Assembly (NCBI GenBank): GCA_030390025.1
Contig: CM059432.1
Span: 13,330,001-13,394,000, forward strand
Length of the DNA stretch: 64,000 bases
Direction: 5' to 3'
DNA from: Squalus acanthias
Taxonomy: Eukaryota
In this document: in pieces, positions 10,740-21,967 of the stretch
Layout: each line of letters starts with the position of its first letter
Position numbering within the stretch: position 1 is the stretch's first letter
Made by a program: the position numbers and the translations under genes
Notes under the pieces: model-generated
Databases searched by the model: none
Seen by the model: only the letters and a program-made list of their open reading frames with translations
What the model was told of the DNA's origin: nothing

Positions 10740-12593
10740 TGTGGAACTCACTACCACAAGGAGCGGTTGAGGCGAATGGCATCGATGCGTCTAAGGGGAG
10801 GCTAAATAAGCACGTGAGGGAGAAAGGAATAGAAGGTGTAAGGGATACTCTCCTGACCCTGCGTGTCTCGTAGCCTGTGAGATTCACGCGGCTCTGTGCA
10901 GCCTGTATGTCAGTGCGGGTCTAGGCCTGGTCTCCAGCCAGTCTGGGAACACTAGACACCCCTGTGAGTGGTTCGAATCACTCTCCCTTACGGTTCTAGA
11001 CACTGGACTTAGATGCGAGAGCAGTAATGGAGATAAAACTCATGTAGACTTGGTTTGAACGGTACGAAATGGAAAATCTTTATTGCATGATACTTAAAAT
11101 TATGAAATACACGTCATATGCACAGATTAATGACAGTACAATCTTACAAACAGTTATAATCACTCTTAGGGAAACGAGGAACGACCAGCACAACGTAAAT
11201 AGGGCACACATTACAAATATCCTTAATCTTTAAACCCTCCCCTATCAATAACTATCCTAAAACTAGCTTCGTAGGACCTCGAGACTCATGCTCACCACTC
11301 GTAATAACTCGGAGAAATCCCGAATAGCTGATCGGATGTTTTTCACCGCAGCACCCACGTGTTGGTCAGGAGATCTCCTGGTCCCACTTGTTTACTGCTT
11401 CTGCTGCTCGGTCAGTCGGCTGGACCGTCCGCTGTAGTGAAGACCTCTGTTGGTGGGCTTCAAAGTTTAATCGTGGAGCACCGTTGTCAATATCACTGAT
11501 ACGATGTGTTTACACAGTCCAGTTATCATTGATGCAATATGTCTTGTTAAAGAAGAAAACTTCCTGTCGAGAAGACTTGGCTGATCGACCTACAGGCGCG
11601 GTCGGGATTTACTGACCGTGGCGATGGATAAGGTCTTCTTCTCTTCTCCTCTCATCTCATCTCATCTCATCTCATCCCGGGCCTTCGGTTCCGCTGCCAG
11701 CTACCAACATAGGTCTTTGCAACAGTCTTTTACACAGGAGCAGCCACGATGATAACAGCAACAAGCGGCAAGAGTCAAGAACACGAGGCAGGAGCAAGAG
11801 CAAGAGGCCAGAGCAAGAATCAAGAGCAAAAGAGCAAGAGCCAGAGAGAATCAAGAGAGCGAATGGACGGTTTGGGCCTGCAATTATAGTGCACAGTTCT
11901 TCCGTTTCCCGCCCAACTACAATGTCCATTCTTTTGTTTAAGGTTTGGCGCCCAAAATGTCCTGTATGGGTGATCTCTGTCCTTAATGGGTTTCGGGGCT
12001 ACTCCTGAATGTTTGAGTACCTGTTAATATTTCTCCCATTGTTGAATCGGTCGGTGTTCCCCCTGGAGGGGCCTGGGGCCCCCAAGTGTCCTGTATAACT
12101 ACCTGCTAACGGCTCTCTCATCGTAGAGCCGTTGGGAGTTTACATACTAATGTCCTTTGGATGGGCCCTTGATGGCTTTCCTTTGTACCTGGGAGACCGA
12201 TTCCAGTATCGATGTTTATACTGTAAACCCATAATGTCCTGTGTATTGTCTTCACTGTGCTGAATCGTTATCGATCTTGCAGGAATGTTTATTGGAACGC
12301 CATCTTGTCTGCCTGTTGAAAAGTCTAGAATGTTCTGTCACGCGGTGCGGCGGCCATTTTACAGGCTGCTTGTGTCCAATTTAAACCTGACAGCATTCCG
12401 CTGAAATAAAAGCTGTTTTGAACGAAACTTTGTGTTTTCTCCTTATTAAAATGAAATCGCGATAATTGCGAATTCTACAAAGGGTATGTTGATCGGGTGA
12501 GATCAAGTAAGGTGGGAGGAGGCTGGTGTGGATCATAAACACCGGCACGGACCAGATGGGCCGAATGGCCTGTCTCTGTGCTGTCGATTCTAT
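10740..12593 (+). mobile_element. Old CR1 3' fragment split by the solo LTR
   Basis: TGTGGAACTCACTACCACAAGG...GGAATAGAAGG continues as GTATGTTGAT...GGGCCGAATGGCCTGTCTCTGTGCTG after the LTR. Confidence 0.7.
10837..12479 (-). mobile_element. Solo LTR (1643 bp; Gypsy- or ERV-type)
   Basis: TGTA...TACA termini and 4-bp TSD AAGG (10833-10836 / 12480-12483) interrupting a CR1. Minus-strand TATAAT (~11887), CTCTTG-rich tract and AATAAA (~11080) indicate orientation. No retroviral ORF. Confidence 0.85.
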
Positions 12594-13392
12594 GGGGGAA
12601 TTTTAACAGCAAAGAATGAGTGGGTTTGGGAGCGGGTGGGTGGTTTAATGCGCTGAAATTGACAGCGCGTCGGGAAGCTGGCTCTAACCCGCCGACTTGC
12701 GCATTTCACACGAGCGCCTTCGGCTGCGTGTGCAAGAAACCCCCGCCGAGAGAGAGAGAGAGGCAGGTTACCAATTTAAAGCTATTAAGAGGTAGTTAAG
12801 AGGTAATTAACAGCTTTTTTAACAGGGGTTTTCAACTTTCGCTGTGGGTGCACGGGTTTCCCGAGCTTCCTGGACCTCGCCAGTTAAAGCAAGGCGAGAG
12901 CACCGCGGCAATTGAGGGGGCCGAACCAATGACAGGCAAAAAAAAATCGCAATAAGGACTGAGACCTCACACCCCTGCTTCCCTGCCTAAGTGAAAGACT
13001 TTGGCTCACAGCACTTATTCTGAGAGTTTTCTTTCAGTACTTTGCAGGTGATTTCTACAACTTTGGAGGTGACTTTCACGACATTGGAGGATTGTGCTCC
13101 TGGTCTCCACTTGACAGCTGTCATATATCAGATCAGCATGGGTGCCGCTTATGCTGTTTCACCTTGGACCTCAGATGAGGACCACAATGAGCACCAGCAG
13201 CAGCACCACCAGCAGCACCAGCAGCAGCCTTCTCCTCACAGACCTGCCGCTCCACAGGAGAGAGGGGATGAGCACAGAGGTGTACCTCGCAGGAGGCGAT
13301 ACCCTTCAGCTGCTTCCAGGTTTCCCGCGCGTTAGCGGACACCCACCCCGCCCCTCCCGCTCCCAGCGTGTCGGCAGGTAAATATTCCGGCC
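12594..13392. mobile_element. Harbinger deletion derivative retaining the transposase N-terminus
   Basis: Imperfect TIR GGGGGAATTTTAA / TAAATATTCCGGCC, TSD TAT. Internal MGAAYAV...QQQHHQQ...RRRRYP resembles the MGAA...RRAYPPRVY start of the transposase at 39929. Confidence 0.7.
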
Positions 13393-13405
13393 TATGTGAT
13401 TCCAT

Positions 13406-14170
13406 GGTCTGGAATTTTCCCCTAAAAAAGCTGGTGGGTTTGGAGCGTGGGGGCAGTTAAAGTGTTAAAACTGGGATTCCCGACCTGATCCCCCTCCAAC
13501 CCGCCCACTTCCAGTTTTAACTGAAGCGGAATGGGGCGGACGACCAACCCGCTCCCAGGGGGCAGTACATCAACTTAAATATTGTAACACTTTTTAAACC
13601 TACATTTTGAATTTAACTGCATGTGGACGGGTTCGTGAAACCCGGCAGTTAAACCGAGACGGGGACTGCTGCATCCAGGAGGTAAGTGGCTTTATACCTA
13701 CCTCCTGGTTGCAGGATCCCTAAATAACCCACCCCCCATGATTGGAGACCCCCCCCCCCCACCACCACAAAGCCTCCGATCGCCTCCCCAGCCCTCCGAT
13801 CCCCACCATGAGGCCTCCCCCTGCCAACAATCCTCCGGTGGCTGGCCCCGAACCTCTCTCCCCCTCGCCGATCCCCGGTCAACCGCCCCCACCGATCCCC
13901 GATCCTCCCCCGCAATTCCCGATCCTCCCCTGCCGTTTCCCTCCCCCTCCCGCCCCCCCCCCCCCGCGATCCCTCCCCCGCACCGACCCTCTCCGCAACT
14001 GAGGCCTACCCGCCCACAGCCATCCAGCCTCTCAGCCAATCTGGCTGGCTGCGGGCGGGAATCCGAGACCTCACATGCCAATCAGGCCCTGCCGTTAAAT
14101 TCGGCAGAGCCTGCAGGAAACCCGGCCTCCCGGGTTTCCTGCCCACCTCGGCGGACCCCAGCCCCCAAAC
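13406..14170. mobile_element. Harbinger-like MITE with right end lost and C-rich interior
   Basis: The left end GGTCTGGAATTTT...GTGGGTTTGGAGCG resembles that of the 12594 element. No matching right TIR or TSD found. Confidence 0.5.
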
Positions 14171-14480
14171 GTTAAACCGAGGCCCCCGTCTGCTCTCAGG
14201 TGGACTTAAAAGATCCCATGGCACTATTTTGAGGAAGAACAGGGGAGTTATCCCCAGTGTCCTGGCCAATATTTATCCCTCAACCAACATAACAAAAACA
14301 GATTATCTGGTCATTATCACATTGCTGTTTGTGGAAGCTTGCTGTGCGCAAATTGGCTGCCGTGTTTCCTACATTACAACAGTGACTACACTTCAAAAGT
14401 ATGTCATTGGCTGTAAAGCGCGTTGGGACGTCCTGAAGTCGTGAAAGGCGCTATATAAATGCAAGTCTTTCTTTTTCTTT
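14170..14480 (+). mobile_element. Deu-domain SINE, 5'-truncated
   Basis: GTTAAACCGAGGCCCCGTCTGCTCTCAGGTGGAC...GGCGCTATATAAATGCAAGTCTTT. Confidence 0.85.
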
Positions 14481-14497
14481 CATTAAGACTGTTAGTT

Positions 14498-14930
14498 GGG
14501 CAACACGGTGGCATAGTGGTTAGCACTGGTGCCTCACAGCGCCAGGGATCCGGGTTCGAATCTGACCTCGGGTGACTGTCTGTGTGGAGTTTGCACATTC
14601 TCCCCGTGTCTGCGTGGGTTTTCTCCGGGTGCTCCGGTTTCCTCCCACAGTCCAAAAATGTGCGGGTTAGGTTGATTTGGCTATGATAAATTGACCCTTA
14701 GTGTTAGGGGGGGATTAAATATGTGGGGTTATGGGGATAGGATAGGATATGTTAGGGGGAATTAAATACGTGGGGTTACGGGGGTAGGGTGGGATATGTG
14801 TACTGTGGGGATTAAAGCAGGGACAGGGTACTGGACTTGGATGATCAGCCATGATCGTATTGAATGGTGGAGCAGGCTCGACGGGCCGAATGGCCTACTC
14901 CTGCTCCTAGATTCTATGTTTCTATGTTTC
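14498..14930 (+). mobile_element. HE1-like V-SINE (tRNA head, V domain, CR1-derived tail)
   Basis: A box TGGCATAGTGG, B box GGTTCGAATC, V core TGTGTGGAGTTTGCACATTCTCCCCGTGTCTGCGTGGGTTT, and a CR1 3' tail ending (CTATGTTT)n. Near-identical copy at 62775-63207. Confidence 0.9.
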
Positions 14931-15699
14931 TATTAAGGTTTGCACAGTTTTGGATTGTACTAACCAGCAAGCGATGGGTTTTCCCGGATGTCGAGCAGAA
15001 CTGCAGTATTCAATCAGAAATAGGCTTTCTATAACCCTGGTGTCACTAAAGATGACATGAGGAGATAAGCTTTCTTGAAGAATCCCACTCTTCAAGCCAT
15101 CTGTACCATATTTCTGCCCTATCATAACTCCAAAGAATTGTACAGCCAAAGAACCGAGACATCACAGTCCTTATAAATTAAATGTGGGTGGATCACATCA
15201 CCGTCAATGGTTTTTTGATGACATTTTTGACTAACTTTGTCAGCTCTCGGGATAACACACCATTTATCCACCAGGAAATTATATTTTCCTGCAGCGTATT
15301 TCAAATTTTGAGGTAACCATTCTGTGCAGGACATCAGTAGGAAGAACAATGTCAAATTTGATGTAATTGGATGAAGATGAAAAACAAAATGGGCCCAAGC
15401 AAATGTCTCTAATCCAACTCTTTGTCTGCACTGTGATAAGAAGAATGACTTAGTGTTTCCTATGAGGAAGTTGCAAATCCTGTTCAACAGCCTACAGCAG
15501 GCTAACATATCAATGAGAATGTCATTTTCTGTCAAACTCTGTAAAAACATCAAAGATTAATTATTTATCTTCATCCTTAGCACCAGCAAAGGACCATGAG
15601 AGCACCATAAGTCAAATTGATTTGCCTTGAAGCACTGTTGTGACCAAACAGTAATTATAGGGATTGGGATTGTTGCAAATTTAATGTCTAGCCTACATA

Positions 15700-16510
15700 T
15701 TCTGGGCTGATAAGTGGCAAGTAACATTCGCGCCACACAAGTGCCAGGCAATGACTATCTCCAACAAGCGAGAGTCTAGCCACCGCCCCTTGACATTCAA
15801 CGGCATTACCATCGCCGAATCCCCCACCATCAACATCCTGGGGGTCACCATTGACCAGAAACTTAACTGGACCAGCCACATAAATATTGTGGCTACAAAA
15901 GCAGGTCAGAGGCTGGGTATTCTGCGGCGAGTGTCTCACCTCCCGACTCCCCAAAGCCTTTCCATTATCTACATGGCACAAGTCAGGACTGTGATGGAAT
16001 ACTCTCCACTTGCCTGGATGAGTGCAGCTCCAACAACACTCAAGAAGCTTGACACCATCCAGGACAAAGCAGCCCGCTTGATTGGCAACCGATCCACCAC
16101 CTTAAACATTCCCTCCCTCCACCACCGGCGTACCGTGGCTGCAGTGTGTACCATCTACAAGATGCACTGCAGCAACTCGCCAAGGCTTCTTCGACAGCAC
16201 CTCCCAAACCCTCGACCTCTTCAACCTAGAAGGACAAGGGCAGCAGGCACATGGGAACATCACCACCTCCAAGTCCCCCTCCAAGTCACACACCATCCTG
16301 ACTTGGAAATATATCGCCGATCCTTCATCGTCGCTGGGTCAAAATCCTGGAACTCCCTACCGAACAGCACTGTGGGAGTACCTTCATCACACGGACTGCA
16401 GCGGTTCAAGAAGGCGGCTCACCACCACCTTCTCAAGGGCAATTAGGGATGGGCAATAAATGCTGGCCTTGCCAGCGATGCACATATCCCATAAACAAAT
16501 GTTTTAAAAA
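15700..16510 (+). mobile_element. CR1/L2-group LINE (Crack/Daphne-like), 3' part of ORF2 plus tail
   Basis: ILGVTIDQKLNWTSHI...QVRTVMEYSPLAW...IQDKAARLIG is RT thumb/C-terminus. The clade assignment is an inference. Confidence 0.8.
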
Positions 16511-16894
16511 GGTACAGCGCTACAAGTCATTCCCATAAACAGCTTTGAGTGTCTTTCATTTAGGGGTGTGCCTGCATATATGGTAGCATAACACAGGAGT
16601 AGAACAATATTACCCCCTTGTGACCCGAACTGGATATTCATGTCTTCCACATGTGTGCTTCTTCAATCTCTTCAAGGTGGATTGAGAAAACACGGTAAGA
16701 CAAGGCCAGATATCAATCGTTATACTGCTTTATTTTATTGTGTGCAAACATACAGAGCAACAGTTATGATTAGATTCATTTATTTCAAACAGTACAGTTT
16801 TCTTCATCTAATAATACAAAATAATGAGAGCGCTACACTTGCCCACATCAGTGGGTCATCTTACTTGACTTAAACAGAATAACGCCTAACTGCT

Positions 16895-17050
16895 ATAATA
16901 ACAACAGAAAATGTCAGTTCTGACGAAAGGTCATCGACCTGAGACGTTAACTCTGTTTCTCACTCCACAGATACTGCCTGACCTGCTGAGTATTTCCAGC
17001 ATTTTCTGTTTTTATTTCAGATTTACAGCATCCTCAGTATTTTGCTTTTG
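16895..17050 (+). mobile_element. 156-bp Penelope-derived unit containing a hammerhead motif
   Basis: 14-bp TSD AACG(C/T)CTAACTGCT (16881-16894 / 17051-17064). The body matches the 3' end of the GIY-YIG-bearing element at 58015-58899. Confidence 0.8.
16916..16952 (+). ncRNA. Minimal type-I hammerhead motif with core mutation (GAAA>GAGA)
   Basis: AGTT-CTGACGA-A-AGGTC-ATC-GACCT-GAGA-CG-TT-AACT. Confidence 0.65.
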
Positions 17051-17219
17051 AACGTCTAACTGCTTTTCCACGTACCACTTCTGAGCCATGTCAAAGTTTA
17101 CCCTTACAGCATTCTGTTTGAAGACCTGACTGGCTTCATAACTTATGCTGGACCCAACTGGCTACCTGTGTCTTTGATTTTATTTAAATCTCCCTCTGCT
17201 CACAATCAGAAAGGAAGAA

Positions 17220-18100
17220 AAACAACAACAACTTGCATTTATACAGCACCTTTAACTTAAAAAAATGTCCCAAGGTGCTTCACAGAGGTGTAATCAAAAT
17301 AATAGACACCGAGCCAAGGAAGCGAGTATTAGGGCAGGTGACCAAAAGCTTTGTCAAAGAGAAGGGTCTTAAAGGAGGAGAGGAGGTTGGAGAGGGGGAG
17401 GGTTTAGGGAACGAGTTACAGAGCATGGGGCCTAGGCAGCTGAAGGCATGACCACCAGTGGTGGGTCGAAAGGAGGGGCGATGCACAAGAGACCAGAATC
17501 TGAGAATGAAGAGTTTGTGGTCAGGGGGCTGTGGGTGGAAGAGATTTATGGGGCTGGAGAAGGTTCCAAAACAGGAAAGCGAATGCCATGAAAGGATTTA
17601 AAGACAAGAATGAGAATTTTAAACTTGAGGTGCTTGGCCACCAGGAGTCAATACATGCCTGAGAAGATAGTGGTAATGGGCGAGTGAGGATGGTGCAGGA
17701 TAGGATATGGGCTGCAGAGGTTTGGTTGAGCTGAAGTTTGTGGAGGATGGGAGGCTAGCCAAGACAGCTGAAAAAGTCAAGTCTGGAGCTGACAAAGGCA
17801 TGGCTGAGGGGGTTCAGTGGCAAATGGGCTGAGGTTGGGGTGGAGGCAAGCAACATTATGGAGGTGGAAGTAGGTAGTCTGTGTGATGGAGAGGGTATGG
17901 AGTGGAAAGCTCAGGTCAGGATCGAATAGGATGCCGAGGTTGAAAAGTCTGGTTCAGCCTGCGACAGTGGGCAGGGAGGGGAATGCAGTCATTGGCAAGG
18001 GTACGGGGTTTGTGGCAGGGGCCAAAGACGATGGCTTTGGTCTTTCCAATGTTTGGCTGGAGGGAATTGTAAGTCATCCAAGACTGGATGGAGGACAAGC
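17220..18100 (-). mobile_element. Old L2 LINE 3' fragment
   Basis: (TTG)n tail with ATAAATGCAAG; WMTYNSLQPNIGKTKAIVFG; colinear with 18435-19281. Confidence 0.75.
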
Positions 18101-18434
18101 AAAAGTAGAGAAAAAGCTATAAGGTTCTTAAAAGCGACTTCCCAACACAATGGATGTGAGGAGTTAACCGATTGCAGAGACAGGCTATCAATTTTCTTAT
18201 TATTTAGTCTGTAGCAAAACAACATCAAGCTTAACTTATTAGCATATTAACCATTTTAGTGTCTTTTTTAACTTGTGTGAATACATTTTCCTTTAAAAAT
18301 CCAACATTTCAAATTAACTCTTCTTTTTCCAAATCCATTCTGTGAGAAAATAGTTTAAAATTCCAAACATGAGCAAAAACTTTACATTCACTTTGTTTTC
18401 AGTGAACTTTGACATAATTGTCAGCAATTATACA

Positions 18435-19281
18435 ACTACAACAACAACAACTTGCATTTATCTAGTGCCTATAAAGTAGTAAAAACATCCCAAGGCGCTT
18501 CACAGAAGCAATTATCAAACAAAATTTGACACCAAGTCACATAAAGAGATATTAGGACAGATGACCAAAAGCTTGGTCAAATAGGTAGGTTTTAAGGAGT
18601 GTCTTAAAGGAGGAGAGAGAGGCGGAGAGGTTTCGAGAGGGAATTTCAGAGATTAAGGCCCAGGCAGCTGAAGACATGGTCGCCGGTGGTGGAACGATGA
18701 AAATTGGGGATGCACAAGAGGCCAGAATTGGAGGAGCGCAGATATCTTGGAGGGCTAGAGGGCTGGAGGAGGTTACAGAGATAGGGATGCCGAGGCAATG
18801 GAGGGATTTGAAAACAAGGATGAGAATTTTAAAATCGAGGCGTTGCTGGACCGGGAGCCAATGTAACTCAGTGAGCACAGGGGTGGTGGGTGAACAAGGC
18901 ATGGCGCAAGTTAGAATACGGGCAGCAGAGTTTTGGATGAGCTCAAGTATATGGAGGGTGTATGGTGGGAGGCCAACCAGGACAGCATTGGAATAGTCGA
19001 GTCTAGAGGTAACGAAGGTATGGATGAGGGTTTCAGCAGCAGATGAGCTGAGGCGGGGCGGAGATGGGCGATGTTACGGAGGTGGAAGTTGGCAGTCTTG
19101 GTGATGGAGCGGATATGGAGTCGGAAGCTCAGCTCAGAGTCAGGTAGGACGCCAAGGTTGCGAACGGTCTGGTTCAGCCTCAGAAAGTGGCCAGGGAGAG
19201 GGATGGTGTCGGTGGCTAGGGAACGGAGTTTGTGGCAGTGACTGAAGACAATGGCTTCGGTCTTCCCAATATTTAGTTGGT
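18435..19281 (-). mobile_element. L2 LINE 3' fragment
   Basis: TPVLTELHWLPVQQRLDFKILILVFKSLH and SFKTLLKTYLF are typical L2 C-terminal motifs; (TTG)n tail. Confidence 0.85.
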
Positions 19282-19294
19282 ACTAGTTTGTATT

Positions 19295-20010
19295 TACGAT
19301 ACAGGAGTTGGCCATTCAGTCCCTCGAGCCTACTCAATCAGATCATGGCCGATCTGTACCTCAACTCCATTTACCCACCTGTGCTCCATATCACTTGATC
19401 TCCTTGCCTAACAAAAAATCTATCAATCTCAGTCTTAAAAAACTTCAATTCTCCCACCCTTCACAGCCTTTTGGGGGAGAGAAGTCCAGATCTCTACTAC
19501 CCTTTGTGTGAAAAAGTGCTTCCTGATTTCCCTCTTAGAAGGCCTGGCTCTAATTTTAAGATTATGTCCCCTCGTTCTTGATTCCCCAACAGAGGAAATA
19601 CTTTCGCTGTATCTACCCTATTGAATCCTTTCATCATGTTAAACACCTCGATCAGATCGCCCCTTAATCTTCTACACACAAGAGATTACAAACCAAATTT
19701 ATGTGACCTGTCCTCATAATTTAACCCTCTAAGCCCCGGTATCATTCTAGTGACTCTGCGCTGCACCCACTCCAAGACCAGTACATGTTTCCTGAGGGGC
19801 GGTGCCCAAAACTGAACACAGTACTCTAGATGGGGTCGGACCAAAGCTTTATACAACTGTAGCATAACTTCCACCCCTTTGTATTCCAGCCCCCTTCAGA
19901 TAAAGGCCAACATTCCGTTAGTCTTTTTGATTCCTTTTTTACCTGTCTGCTGGCTTTAGATGATTTGTGTACTTGGACTCCCAAATCTCTCTGCACCTCC
20001 ACCGTGCCTC
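19295..20010 (-). mobile_element. CR1 LINE 3' fragment (older family)
   Basis: LQLYKALVRPHLEYCVQFWAP; RRLRGDLIEVF. Confidence 0.85.
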
Positions 20011-20250
20011 CTGCCTCCCAACCAACATCCAACACAAGTCAAAAGGTTACCTCCAATTCCGTGTGCTCTCATTATGAGTACTTCTTGTAACTCTTATGAC
20101 TACTTCTTGTAAGCAGACACAATGTTTGCTGCTTTGCACGCAGATGTTACAACATTGTTTGACAGCAAAGTTGTTTCGTTATTCATTGCTTTTGGAAACC
20201 GACCACAGAATGGTTTATATTTCACCTATTGCATCATTTAAAGGGACAAA

Positions 20251-20954
20251 GAGGGAAAAATTCGGTGGTGCCCCCTCTGGGGTGCTAGCTTCGCCAGGGC
20301 GCTACTTTTAGCGCCCCTGCGCCGTAAATTCAGTGGTCGCGCCCCAAGCAGGAGGCGGGGCGCTACTGGAAGCGCTCCCCCGCATTCCTGGGGCGCTACA
20401 AGTGAATATCGCGACGCTACGTGCAACAGCGCCACGTGTGTCGGCACGTAGCGACGCGGTATTACAGGCCTCCCTCCCCTGATTAAAGGGGAGGGGCCTA
20501 GCACTGCGCGCACTAGGGCCCTGCTGGACCACTGGGGAGCGGGGTGCCGGGAAAGCAGCCCGGCACTCAAGCTGGGCTGAGCGATCGCCGCCGGCACCCC
20601 GAATAAAAAAGGGGAAGGGTACAGGTGCTGGCAGGCGGCCAAATAAAAATGGCCGCCCGACACCTGCCCTTTAACTAACACCGCCGCGGCTGCAAAAACG
20701 CCCCCCTGACCCTGTCGGACATATCGTCCGGCGGTAGTTCAGGGGGCACAACTGAAGGTTACGAGCGGGGTGTTGCGCACGGCGATGACGTCATCACCGG
20801 AGGCGCAGCGCCGCGGGGCACTACCGGCTACTGCCACCGCCAACCTCCGCGGGAGGCGTTAGCAGCGCCGCGCCGAGGCACTCGGGGCAGTGTGCCCCGT
20901 TAGCGCCCCCCGGGGGCGCTCACGGGAGGCGCAAAGAATCCCAATTTTTCCCCC
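20251..20954. mobile_element. GC-rich Harbinger MITE (704 bp)
   Basis: TIR GAGGGAAAAATT / AATTTTTCCCCC, TSD AAA. Related in inverted orientation to 33246-33935; many TAGCGCC/GGCGCTA motifs. Confidence 0.85.
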
Positions 20955-21509
20955 AAAATGTCTAGTTGTGCAGAAAGGAAAATTATAATATTAGCCATTC
21001 CACAGCAACCTTCTTGTAGGTATCATTGCAACAATATGTTTGAACATTTCAGTGTTTTTGAGCCACAATCTTTCAATGGACGTGATGTTGTAGAAATCGG
21101 TGTGCGTTGCGCCTGTTTCTCTGGCGTAAAACGGACACAAAGCATGCTTTAGCAGTGGGAAGGCCTGCGTCCAATCAGCGCAGACGTTGGTTCCGCTGTT
21201 GAATTTGAGAGTCTTGAACGTGACAAGAAAGATAAAAGATTCTCAACTGCCCATCCCCCACAGTGCTGGAATGGGATATGGCTTTACTTGACATGACAAA
21301 GACGTATGAAAACTTTAGAAAAACACAATACTGCGAGAAGCACCAGGCTGTTTTTAAGCATACAGAGCAACTGTGGCCCTAAGGCTATGATTAAAATGAT
21401 AAAACTAATACAGTGTAGATAAAAAACATACATAACATTATATATAACATACCAATGACTTAGTGGAAAAATGAGTCATCTGCTGTCTTACTAAGTAATA
21501 AGAGCAGAA

Positions 21510-21850
21510 AGTTCCCAGGTTTGATCTCCAGCCACCACTCAGTTAGCTGATTTCAGATGAGCAGTCGTTGGGGTCTTCGCCCCCAGTGGGCTAAGAAAGG
21601 GAAAAATCAGCCAGGGTTCCTGCTCCCAATCACTAATCGCAGACAGCTGCTGGAAAATATGCATGTTTGGACATCAGACGAAGGGCTGGATTCGGTTTAG
21701 CTGTGATGCCCCCCGACATTCACTGTCTCGGCAAGCACGTTAATAATGGAGAACCACTTTGGGAAGGTAGCAGAGAACTGCAGGCACTCATGAAACCATA
21801 ACCCAGCAAAGTTCAGTGTCTTAAGGACTGGAGGGGGGAAATTAACAGGG
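21510..21850 (+). repeat. Ancient SINE-like dispersed repeat (relatives at about 49660-50130, 54530-54880 and 57420-57630, minus strand)
   Basis: B-box-like CCCAGGTTTGATCTCC plus shared blocks AGTTAGCTGATTTCAG, GGGAAAAATCAGCCAGGGTTCCTGCTCC and CACTTTGGGAAGGTA. Highly diverged. Confidence 0.5.
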
Positions 21851-21967
21851 GATAGAATTTTTTTTTGAACACTTGGATGACATAAAGATAAATCTAACAA
21901 TCAAACCAGATGCTTCTGTTTATTTATCCATAATGTAAGAACTTGCAGGTTCTCTCCCATTAGGTGC

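Noticed and set aside
11672..11929. Leu/Ser-rich ORF in the LTR
   Set aside because: It is the translation of CTCTTG-type simple repeats, with no gag, pol or env motifs.
13738..14175. Proline-rich ORFs
   Set aside because: By-product of the C-rich low-complexity interior of a MITE-like element.
14498..14575. tRNA gene
   Set aside because: The A/B boxes run straight into a V domain and CR1 tail, so this is a SINE head. The same applies to the Deu-SINE heads.
15122..15553. 143-aa ORF in unique sequence
   Set aside because: No recognisable domain or convincing splice context; likely a chance ORF.
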